This document shows, one piece after another, positions 51,356 to 62,309 of a stretch of 64,000 bases of DNA (positions are counted from its first letter, which is position 1; every line of letters begins with the position of its first letter). The stretch lies in contig NC_086108.1 of the NCBI RefSeq assembly GCF_963921235.1, forward strand, positions 89,592,001-89,656,000, in the 5' to 3' direction. Below the pieces are notes generated by a model that was not told where the DNA came from, made no database searches, and worked only from the letters and a program-made list of their open reading frames with translations. The translations under genes were made by a program, and so were the position numbers. Source of the stretch: Mobula hypostoma. Taxonomy: Eukaryota.

Positions 51356-51810
51356 CAAGAATAGGAAACTAAACGAAGAGGTTTAGGATCAGAGAAAATT
51401 TGTGTGTGGGAGTAAGAGATCAAGCAGAGAGGAATGAGGTGTAAAGGAGGAGGCAATGGACATAAGCACATAATCTATTCCAGGTCATTTGCGCGATAGA
51501 GGGTTTGAATGCATACTTGTCAGTGGCTGATGCACGATTTTCAAGGTTCATTTTGTAAAGGGGATCTCCTTTTATTGCACAAGCAGATATTGTCATAAAT
51601 ACATAAACTGTTTCATAAATTACATCAGTAATAAGAAGAAAACAATGTGTTAATTTATCTGTCAGTATGGCTGTCAAGTTGAAAGTTCCTTTTTGCCAAA
51701 CTGGCCCCCACTTGAAAAACACTGAAGTTCAGTAACTTAATGCATCCCTATTTCATAGAAGTCAAGAAAACTTTAAGCAAATGTGAGCTAGCTTTATATC
51801 AATGAATATA

Positions 51811-52600
51811 CATTCAGTGTCCACTTTATTAGTTACAGAAGAAACCTAAAAAATAAGTCACTGAGTGAATATTAGTTGCCTTCTGTTACTGTAGCTCATC
51901 CACATCAATGTTCAACATGTTGTGCTTTCAGAAATGCTCTTCTGCACGATACTCTTGTAACTCATGGTTATTTGAGTTACTGTCACCTTCCTATCAGCTT
52001 GAATCATTCTGCCCATTCTCCTCTGACCTTTCTTATTTACAAGCCTACAGAACTGATGCTCAATTGGACTTTTGTTTGTTTTTCACACCATTCAATAAAG
52101 TGATTCTGAACCTGTCTGGCCATTCTCTTCTGATCTTTCTCTCATTAACAAGGTATTTTCACCCACAGAACTGCTACTCACCGGATGTTTTTTATTTCCA
52201 CACCATTCTCTGTAAACTCTAGATTACTGTGCATGAGAATCCTAGGAGATCAGCAGTTTCTGAGATACTCAAACCGCCCTGTCTGGCACCACCAATCATT
52301 CCACAGTAAAAGCCACTTAGATTACATTTGCTCCCCATTCTGATGTTTGGTCTGCACATTAACAGAACTTTTTGACAAAATGTCTGCATGAATTTGTGCA
52401 TTGAATTGCTGCAATATGATTGGGTGATTAAATATTTGCATTAACAAGCAGATGGGCTATGGGTAACCCTAGGTAATTTCTAAAGTAAGTACATGTTTGG
52501 CACAGCATTGTGGGCTATAGGGCCTGTATTTTGCTGTAGGTTTTCCGTGTTTTCTAAATTTTCTATGTATAGGTTCACCTAATAAAGTGGCCACTCAGTG
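51811..52600 (-). mobile_element. Non-autonomous Tc1-like element (same family as 38599-39135)
   Basis: TIRs cattcagtgtccactttattag / ctaataaagtggccactcagtg with TA on both sides; MGSKCNLSGFYCGMIGGARQGGLSISETADLLGFS; small CR1 tail nested at about 52452-52568. Confidence 0.85.
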
Positions 52601-54560
52601 TATGTTTTTCAAAAATAAACATTAAACAACATTTTTAAGTATAATTTTTAGTTTACACTTATATGCTGAATCATAGAGATGTCAAGGATAAAAGTGTTCA
52701 ACTTGCTTTAAGTATCATAAAAATTAAACTGATGTGTAGTTAAGTACAATCTTCTGAGATATTTACAGTCTGTATTAACGGCATCATGTCATGATGAGAG
52801 TAGTAATTAATTTTTAGGGGTTAAGATATAGAGCTTTAAAGGCAAATGCTGGAAGGTTTTATGAAAACAGAAGTTGCTCAAAATAGTCACCAGGTAAGCA
52901 GCGTCCATGGAGAAAGAAATAGAGTTAATGCTCAGTCTCCAACATTGTTCTAGTGAAGCCTAACATAAGTTAAAGGGGCAGCCTCATTGATCTTTTACTA
53001 GAACTGAAAAAAAAGTTTTAAGATGCAAAGACAAAGGAGAGGAGAGGGTAAAACAAAGGGGAGGTCTATGAAATGCTGGAAGGAAGGAGATAGAATAATA
53101 TAAGGGATGATACTTAACATAAAATAAAAATGGAATGTATAAAAAAACGAATCTAGGGGATTTGTGATACTACTAGACAAAGCTTTACCTGAGACTTTTC
53201 AATTCAGTGTTGTCGGAAAGGATGTGAATTGCCTTATAGAAAATTAAGATAGTTCTCTTTGAAATTGCATTGGGCTTCATTAGACTTGACCTGCTAAGAG
53301 TCAGTGTGTTGTTGGTGATAAACGGATGAACCAGTTGCGAAAGGGTTATATTTCATAGTGGGATTTAATTAGAGAAAGCAGACATGGAAATATGAAATAG
53401 ATTCATAAGGTACAAATGGTGCAAATGTATGGCTTGAAGACCTCCAATAAGATGGCGATGTAGTTGGTTGCAGTGGCCTCTTCTGGTTGAAGAAATGGTG
53501 CAAATGTGTGCCTTAGATGTTTTTTTTTCCGAACAAAAGATCCTGTGAGACATTGGTAATATAAATATAAAATACTACAAGTCCAGGACATTGGTTCCCT
53601 GGTCAGACCGATGGCAGGGGAACTGCGTGGGCTTGGTTGTTGCATGGTTCTGGCCCTCATGCCGTGGCATCACCTATTACAGCCACCCAGGGAAGGCAGT
53701 ACTGGAGGCAGTGTGGATGTGCAGGAATCCATGCTGGGTTGGGGTCTGGCCCCTGAAGTTTGGGTTTCCCATCAGTGTTCGCTTCCTGGAAGACCAGCTG
53801 TATTGTCTTCATCTGTGACTGATTCAGCACTAGACAAGCTGCTTTGCCTTTATCTGTGGCTGACGCAGCATGAGATGAGGAACTGCTGCGTGCTTGTTCT
53901 TGTAGAACCATGGCTATAAGGCAACATCCCATGCACCATCAATCTTCAGGTCATGCCATTCAGGGACCCCATAACTGAAATTCCAAAATCTGAAAACCTA
54001 TAAAATCTGAACATTTCTGAGCACTGACAAATGGAAAATTCCACAAGGCATTGGGGATATTCTCAAGCAATACACAGATCTCTGCACACCACATACAGTT
54101 AAGAGAAGTGCTCACATATGCAATAAACATAAGTTAATGAAAAATAGAAGAACAGTGTATAAACCAAAAAATGAAGATTTTGATCGTGTATTGAAAGAGT
54201 GGATTTGTCAACATTGAAGTGAACACATTTCACTTAACGGTATGCTGATCTTGCAACAAGAAATGATCTATCACAATGAACTGAAAATGGAAGGTATTTG
54301 TGAATATTCAGCAAGCTGGTTCCAGGAAGTTAAGAAAAGGCACAGCATTAAAATTTTAAAGGTTTGTGCTGATGAAGCATCTGCTGATCACGAAGCAGCA
54401 GAGAAATTCATTGATGAGTCTGCCGAGATCATTGCGGGTGAAACATGCTGAATGGCTGCCTCAAACAACAGGAATTCTGCAGATGCTGGAAATTCAAGCA
54501 ACACACATCAAAGTTGCTGGTGAACGCAGCAGGCCAGGCAGCATCTATAGGAAGAGGCGC

Positions 54561-54596
54561 AGTCGAGGTTTCAGGCCGAGACCCTTCGTCAGGACT
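54561..54596 (-). ncRNA. Minimal hammerhead ribozyme motif (CUC triplet)
   Basis: Reverse complement agtc CTGACGA agggtctcggcct GAAA c CTC gact. Confidence 0.72.
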
Positions 54597-56596
54597 AACA
54601 GAAGGAAGAGTGAGTAAGGGATTTGAAAGCTGGAGGGGGAGGGGGAGATGCAAAATGATAGGAGAAGACAGGAGGGGGAGGGATGGAGCCGAGAGCTGGA
54701 CAGGTGATAGGCAGAAGGGGATACGAGAGGATCATGGGACAGGAGGTCCGGGAAGAAAGACGGGGGGGGGTGACCCAGAGGATGGGCAAGAGGTATATTC
54801 AGAGGGACAGAGGGAGAAAAAGGAGAAGTGAGAGAAAGAATGTGTGCATAAAAAAGAGTAACAGATGGGGTACGAGGGGGAGGTGGGGCCTAGCGGAAGT
54901 TAGAGAAGTCAATGTTCATGCCATCAGGTTGGAGGCTACCCATACGGAATATAAGGTGCTGTTCCTCCAACCTGAGTGTGGCTTCATCTCTACAGTAGAG
55001 GAGGCCGTGGATAGACATGTCAGAATGGGAATGGGATGTGGAATTAAAATGTGTGGCCACTGGGAGATCCTGCTTTCTCCGGCGGACAGAGCGTAGATGT
55101 TCAGCAAAGCGGTCTCCCAGTCTGCGTCGGGTCTCACCAATATATAAAAGGCCACATCGGGAGCACCGGACGCAGTATATCACCCCAGTCGACTCACAGG
55201 TGAAGTGATGCCTCACCTGGAAGGACTATTTGGGGCCCTGAATGGTGGTAAGGGAGGAAGTGTAAGGGCATGTGTAGCACTTGTTCCGCTTACACGGATA
55301 AGTGCCAGGAGGGAGATCAGTGGGGAGGGATGGGGGGGACGAATGGACAAGGGAGTTGTGTAGGGAGCGATCCCTGCGGAATGCAGAGAGAGGGGTGGAG
55401 GGAAAGATATGCTTAGTGGTGGGATCCCGTTGGAGGTGGCGGAAGTTACGGAGAATAATATGTTGGACCCGGAGGCTGGTGGGGTGGTAGGTGAGGACCA
55501 GGGGAACCCTATTCCTAGTGGGGTGGTGGGAGGATGGAGTGAGAGCAGATGTACGTGAAATGGGGGAGATGCGTTTAAGAGCAGAGTTGATAGTGGAGGA
55601 AGGGAAGCCCCTTTCTTTAAAAAATGAAGACATCTCCCTCGTCCTAGAATGAAAAGCCTCATCCTGAGAGCAGATGCGGCGGAGACGGAGGAATTGCGAG
55701 AAGGGGATGGCGTTTTTGCAAGAGACAGGGTGAGAAGAGGAATAGTCCAGATAGCTGTGAGAGTCAGTAGGCTTATAGTAGTATATCTTTCCCTCCCCCC
55801 CTCTCTCTGCATTCCGCAGGGATCGCTCCCTACACAACTCCCTTGTCCATTCGTCCCCCCCATCCCTCCCCACTGATCTCCCTCCTGGCACTTATCCGTG
55901 TAAGCGGAACAAGTGCTACACATGCCCTTACACTTCCTCCCTTACCACCATTCAGGGCCCCAAACAGTCCTTCCAGGTGAGGCATCACTTCACCTGTGAG
56001 TCGACTGGGGTGATATACTGCGTCCGGTGCTCCCGATGTGGCCTTTTATATATTGGTGAGACCCGACGCAGACTGGGAGACCGCTTTGCTGAACATCTAC
56101 GCTCTGTCCGCCAGAGAAAGCAGGATCTCCCAGTGGCCACACATTTTAATTCCACATCCCATTCCCATTCTGACATGTCTATCCACGGCCTCCTCTACTG
56201 TAGAGATGAGGCCACACTCAGGTTGGAGGAACAGCACCTTATATTCCGTATGGGTAGCCTCCAACCTGATGGCATGAACATTGACTTCTCTAACTTCCGC
56301 TAGGCCCCACCTCCCCCTCGTACCCCATCTGTTACTCTTTTTTATGCACACATTCTTTCTCTCACTCTCCTTTTTCTCCCTCTGTCCCTCTGAATATACC
56401 TCTTGCCCATCCTCTGGATCACCCCCCCACCGTCTTTCTTCCCGGACCTCCTGTCCCATGATCCTCTCGTATCCCCTTCTGCCTATCACCTGTCCAGCTC
56501 TCGGCTCCATCCCTCCCCCTCCTGTCTTCTCCTATCATTTTGCATCTCCCCCTCCCCCTCCAGCTTTCAAATCCCTTACTCACTCTTCCTTCTGTT

Positions 56597-56632
56597 AGTC
56601 CTGACGAAGGGTCTCGGCCTGAAACCTCGACT
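56597..56632 (+). ncRNA. Minimal hammerhead ribozyme motif (CUC triplet)
   Basis: agtc CTGACGA agggtctcggcct GAAA c CTC gact. Confidence 0.72.
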
Positions 56633-56735
56633 GCGCCTCTTCCTATAGATGCTGCCTGGCCTGCTGCGTTCACCAGCAACTTTGATGTGAATGGCTGCCT
56701 CAGCGGATATGTGTGATGAGAATGTGTAAGACAAG

Positions 56736-56958
56736 TAGCACACACACAAAATGCTGGAGGAACTCAGCAGGTCAGGCAGCATCTATGGAAAAGAGTAAAC
56801 AGTCAACGTTTTGGGCCATGAGTCCTGAAGAAGGGTCTTGGCTTGAAATGTCAACTGTTTACTTTTTTCCATACATGCTGCTTGGCCCACTGAGTTACTC
56901 CAGCATTTTGCGTGTGCTACTTGGATTTCCATCTTCTGCAGATTTTCTATTCCAAGTT
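56736..56958. mobile_element. Older fold-back mini Penelope-like insertion with 9-bp TSD
   Basis: Inverted arms about 56737-56815 and 56845-56919, tail to 56958; TSD TAAGACAAG at 56727-56735 and 56959-56967; hammerhead agtc CTGAAGA...GAAA t GTC aact at 56821-56856. Confidence 0.8.
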
Positions 56959-57226
56959 TAAGACAAGGACTGCTTACTTATAGCACATAAATTCCAAGTC
57001 AAGAATGATGATGATGCCAAACAGCCATTGACTGTCCACCTGCTCAGCCAAGGTAGAGATTGTTTACCTGTCTCATGGTTCAATGTACACCTTGTTTTTT
57101 AATGTACAAAATTATTACAAATATTATATAAAACTACCTTCAGTGTGTATGTCTAAGATGTATGTGTAATGTAAATGGATTTCATGTTTAGATTTAGATC
57201 CTAATGACAAGGTATCTCATTATATG

Positions 57227-58790
57227 GTAACTTGATGAACTGCACCCTAGGGTTATGAAAGAGGTAGTGGTAGAGATTGTGGAGACATTAGAAATGATCT
57301 TTCAAAAATCATTGTACTCCGGCATGGTGCCATAGGTCTAGAAAACTGCAAATATCACTCCACTCTTTAAGAAAGGAGGAAGACAGCAGAAAGGAAATTA
57401 TAAACCAGTTAGCCTGACCTCAGTAGTTGGGAAGATTTTGGAGACAATTATTAAGGATGAGGCAATGGAGTACTTGGTGACACAGGACAAGATAGGCCAA
57501 AGTCAGCATGGTTTCCTTAAGGGGAAATCTTGCCCGACAAATCTGTTGAAATTTTTTGAGGAGATTACAAGTAGGATAGATAAAGGGGATGCAGTGGATG
57601 TTGTGTATTTGGACTTTCAGAAGGCCTTTGACAAGGTGTCACACATGAGACTGCTTACCAAGTTAAGAACCCATGATATTCCAGGCAAGTTACTGGCATG
57701 GTAAGAGCATTGGCTGATTGGTAGGAGGCAGTGAGTAGGAATAAAATGATCCTTTTCTGGTTGGCTGCCAGTGACTAGTGGTAGTCCACAAGGGTCGATG
57801 TTGGGACCACTTCTTTTTATGCTGTATATCAGCAATTTAGTTGATATACAGCATAAAAATAAGTGGTCCCAACAATAGATGGCTTTATTACACAGGTGAC
57901 AGGAAGATTAGTGGAGGGGCAGGTAGTGTTGAGGAAACAGGGAGGCTGCAAAAAGGCAGATTAGGAGAATGGTTAAGAAAGTGGCAAATGAAATACAATG
58001 TTGGAAAATGCATGATCATGCACTTTGGTAGTAGAAATAAGTGTGCAGACTATTTTCTAAATGGGGAGAAAGTCCAAAAATCAAAAATACATAGGGACTT
58101 GGAAGTCCTTGTGCAGAACACCATGAAGGTTAACTTGCAGGTAGAGTCAGTGGTGAGGAAGGCAAATGCAATGTTAGCATTCATTTCCAGATGTCTAGAA
58201 TACAAGAGCTTTATGAGGATTCTGAGGCTTTATAACGCACTGGTGAGGCCTCACCTTGAGTATTGTAAACAGTTTCAGGCTCCTCATCTAAGACAAAATG
58301 TGCTGGCACTGGAGGGAGCTCAGAGGAGGTTCACAAGGATGATTCCAGAAATGGAAGGGTTATCATACAAAGGAACATTTGATAGCTCTGGGTCTGTATT
58401 TGCTGGAATTTAAAAGGATGAGGGGGATCGCACTGAAACCTTTTGAATCTTGAAAGGCCTAGACAGAGTAGATGTGGGAAAGGATGTTTCCCATGGTAGT
58501 AGAGTCTAGGATAAGAGGGCACAGCCTCCATTTAAAACAGAGATGTAGAGAAATTTCTTTAGCCAGAGGGTGGTGAATTTGTGGAACTTGTTACCACAGA
58601 CAGCTGTGGCGGCCAGTTTGTTGAGTGTATTTAAGGCAAAGTTTGATGGGTTCTTGATTGGACACGCATCAAATATTATGGGGAGAAGGCCTGGGAGTGG
58701 GGCTAAGGAGGAGAGAAAAGGATCAGATGCGATTGAGCAGACTCAATGGAGCAAATGGCCTAATTCTGCTCCTATGTGTTATGGTCTTAC
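57227..58790 (+). mobile_element. CR1 LINE 3' half (decayed RT) nested in the Tigger element
   Basis: SQHGFLKGKSC, VDVVYLDFQKAFDKV, KANAMLAFISR, LVRPHLEYC; tail tatgtgttatggtctta; host reads tctcattatatg | tatgtagatgcaaat across it. Confidence 0.9.
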
Positions 58791-59761
58791 AGTATGTAGA
58801 TGCAAATATTCCAAAATCTGAAAAAATTCAAAATCAGAAACACTTCTGGCCGCAGACATTTCAGACATGGGGTGCTCAACTTGTATTATTTTTTGTGTCT
58901 CTATGTGCTATGGTAACTATACCTATGTACTATGTGCTGTGTGTGATTGTATGTACTGTGTTTTGCACCTTGTTGCCGGAATGCTGTTTTGTTATCTGTA
59001 TACACATGTATGGTTGAATGACAATTAAACTTGAACTTGACTTTGAATACTAGAAATACTCAGCAGCTAAGTCAGCATATGTAGGGAGAGAATGAAAGGA
59101 AACAAAAGGAAACATTGATCGGAATTTTGTTAATCAAGTTTTTTTGAACTTGTTCTTTCTTACTAGGAAACTCTTCTGCAAATATGCTTTCAAAAATAAA
59201 TGGTGGGAATTAATTCTACAAACATGATTGTCTTGTTCTTCAAAATAAACAAAAGCAGTACAACTCCAAAGCCCCCAAAAGGCCTTCCTGACACTTAATT
59301 GAATTATATCTCTTTCAGGACCATTTTCTGTTAGGTCCTTAATTAGAAGGTTCAGGCAATACTGTCAATCTTCCTTCCAAGTTCAATTTTGAGCCTGTAA
59401 CTTTCACTATTAGTCATAAATTTAATTGAGCACAAAAGCCACTGAGCATGTATGAAGCATTTCAGCCAGTCAAATTAATGTGCATGAACATATTTTTTCA
59501 GAGAATTTCTTTCCGAGAAATGCTACTTGCATGTAACAAAAAAAGGCAAGTTAACATTGACTAAGAGGGGCGCAGTAACATTTTCAAAACAATAGAGAGA
59601 TGAAAATTAACTACAAATTCCAGAATAACTTTTAAATAGCAAGGATAATTAAGATGAACGTGAAGTGAAAATTAAATATCATAATTTATCTGAATTACCT
59701 GATTTTCTTTGAAATTTTAGATCGAGGATTTCTAATTACTTCTTGCTTTTTTTGTTACTAG

Positions 59762-60015
59762 GGGTTTATGCATTTGGACTTTTTGCTACTGATATTTTTG
59801 TAAATGCTGGACAAGTGGTGACGGGAAATCTAGCGCCCCACTTTCTCACAGTGTGTAAACCCAATTACACAGCTCTGGGATGTCATCATGAACCCGTGCA
59901 ATTCATCAACAGTGAAGAAGCCTGCACAGGCAACATAGATGCCATAACAAAAGCCAGGAAGACCTTCCCGTCCAAAGAGGCAGCTTTAAGTGTGTATGCA
60001 GCAGTATACCTGGCT
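59762..60015 (+). CDS. PLPPR5: Phospholipid phosphatase-related protein 5, next coding exon (probably exon 3; PAP2 domain)
   Basis: ttcttgctttttttgttactag acceptor; GCT|gtaagt donor at 60016. Starts in phase 1, matching the upstream exon (G+GG=Gly). Encodes GVYAFGLFATDIFVNAGQVVTGNLAPHFLTVCKPNYTALGC...ARKTFPSKEAALSVYAAVYLA. Confidence 0.93.
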
Positions 60016-60914
60016 GTAAGTAGATTTTTCTTGCATTCTTCTCATAGCTGATAGCTCTTAAATAAGTAACTACAGTTATAATCATCACCTCAGAATGAGG
60101 TCATAAATTGATCAAAGAATACTGCAACAGAGTCAGAGAAAAGTCTATGCCACCATTATATCCATATCCTCCTATACCTTTCCTGTTACTTTATAAGTGT
60201 GTTGTATCTGCCACTATGACCTTCTCTGGGAGCATGTTTCAGATATCCACCACTTTCTGTGGAGAAAATCTTAAGCTACGATTGCATTTAAATTTCTCTC
60301 CTCCGCCCCCCACCGCACTTCAAAACTACGCCCACTAGTTCTCAAATCCTCAGCCCCAAGAAAATATTTCAAACTATTTATCATACTTATGCCTCTCATA
60401 ATTTTATAAATCTGTAAGGTCATCCCTCAGTTTCCTACAATCCAGTGAGAACAAGCCCAGCCTATCAAATCTCTCCATCCTGGTACATCTCTTCCACACT
60501 TTCACTTTTGCCACCACTACCTTGCTATAATGTGTTGACCAATACTGAGTGCAGTCTAACCAAATGTTTTCATGTGCAGCTGCAACGTGATGGCATAACT
60601 CATTTAGTCAATGTCTCAGCCTATTTCTCTCATTATCTGCCTGTGCTGCCACTTTCAGGAGGCTTCAAACCTGCCTGAGGGTCTCCCTGTACTTGCTAAT
60701 GCACAGAGAGACCTTCAGTCAAGACCTTGCCCAAAGGTCTCTATGTAAATCCTGTCATGGACTCTGTATGTCCTACAGGATTTGGATTTGGATTTCCTTA
60801 AGTGATTACCTCACACTTGGCTGGATTAAATTCCATCTGTCCGAGTTGTATACGTCTTTTCAGCTGGCCTGCATAGCTCTGTATGTAGAGTCAAAATGAG
60901 ACTTTCTCTTAGAC

Positions 60915-61606
60915 TATATGACCATAAGACATAGGAGCAGAATTCAGCCATTCAGCCCATCGAGTCTGCTCTGCCATTCCATCATGAGTGATCCCAGATC
61001 CCACTCAACCCTATACACCTGTCTTCTCAACATATTCTTTGACATCCTGATAGATCAGGAAATGATCAACTTCTGCCTTAAATATACGCACGGACTTGAC
61101 CTCCACCGCAGTCTGTGGCAAAGCATGCCACAGATTTACTACTCTCTGGCTAAAATAAAATCCTCCTTACCTCTGTTCTAAAGGGTCACCCCTCAATTTT
61201 GAGGCTGGGCCTTCTGGTTCTGGATACCCCCACCATAGGAAACATCCTCTCCATGACCCCCCCCCCAATATCCTACTAAATTCCAGTGAGTACAGGCCCA
61301 AAGCTGCCAAACGCTTCTCATATGTTAACCCCTTCATTCCCAGAATCATCCTCGTGAACCTCCTCTGGATTCTATCCAATGATAACACATCCTTTCTGAG
61401 ATATGGGGCCGAAAACTGTTGACAATGCTCCATGTGTGGCCTGACTAGCGTCTTATAAAGGCTCAGTATTATTTCCTTCCTTTTATATTCTATTTCCCTT
61501 GAAATAAATGCCAACATTGCATTTGCCTTCTTTACCACAGACTCAACCTGTAAATCAACTTTCTGGGAGTCTTGCACGAGGATTCCCAAGTCCCTCTGCA
61601 CCTCTT
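60915..61606 (-). mobile_element. CR1 3' fragment
   Basis: QRDLGILVQDSQKVDLQVESVVKKANAMLAFISR...RRFTRMILGMKGLTY; tail cctatgtcttatggtcatatag. Confidence 0.85.
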
Positions 61607-62309
61607 GACAGTTACTTTTATCTTACTGCTAAGGTAGAAGGTAATGCTAATAACGTAACCTACACTGATACTTGTAAGTCAGCATAGGTTCAATTGTAGC
61701 AGACATAGGTTTAGATTAGAAAGCTTCACGTCTAAGTGCTCCTCCAGAGATTCTCACACAAAGTTCGAAGTTGTTTGTTCAATGCAATATCGAGCGTAGC
61801 ATTGGTTAAGTGCTGACGTTAAGCTAAGAATTTAAATTGAGGCACCATGTGTTCTGTCAGCTGTGTAGAAATGATCAACTTGGCGTCAGTTAGTTGAACA
61901 CAAGATTATTTGAAAGGTGTACAGGAAAGTCACTCCTGGAAAATCAGGCCTCACTGCGTCTCCAATATTAATTCTAAATGAGCATTATTAAAACCAATTA
62001 TCAGAGTATTATCAAACTTCTTTCTGTGAGAGCTTGTTGTGTGCAAATTTTCAACTATTGTTCAGGAAACCATGCTACACTTCAAAAATATTTCACCTGT
62101 TGTAAAGCACTTTGGACCTTCGTGAAGAGTCCCATTTGAATGTAGTCACCATAATATACCTAACTACAGAATGTGATGCAAACAATTATAGTTACAAGAT
62201 AAGGAAGAGGCAATAGAAAATTTGAATTCAAAGTAATAGGCAAGAACTTTTTCCAGGAAGCAGTGTTCTCAGATAAAGTGATAAAAGTTCAGTTAAATAT
62301 ATTCATACT

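Larger units (their letters stand above)
54464..56687 (-). mobile_element. Young Penelope-like element, 5'-truncated, with ~0.9 kb inverted duplication and 15-bp TSD
   Basis: RT C-terminus YYKPTDSHSYLDYSSSHP...KNAIPFSQFLRLRRICS, linker CKRNKCYTC, GIY-YIG VIYCVRCSRCGLLYIGETRRRLGDRFAEH; arms 54504-55410 and 55783-56689; TSD TGAATGGCTGCCTCA at 54449-54463 and 56688-56702. Confidence 0.95.
53961..58883 (+). mobile_element. pogo/Tigger (Tigger4/Zombi-like) DNA transposon, internally deleted and fragmented by three insertions
   Basis: CENP-B-type HTH remnant (RVLKEWI...NGMLI..Q..IYHNELK...EYSASWFQ..KKRHSIKILKVCADEASADHEAAEKF) at 54160-54445; segments 56690-56735 and 56959-57226; right end tgcaaatattccaaaatctgaaaaa...ggggtgctcaacttg followed by TA. 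Confidence 0.75.

Noticed and set aside
55226..55891. 221-aa ORF start (MPGGRSVG...) as a true N-terminus
   Set aside because: The first ~35 residues come from the inverted arm read antisense; genuine Penelope RT sequence begins at the inversion junction near 55782.
59743..60051. 102-aa ORF as a single-exon gene
   Set aside because: The ends are intronic read-through; splice sites delimit the true exon at 59762-60015.
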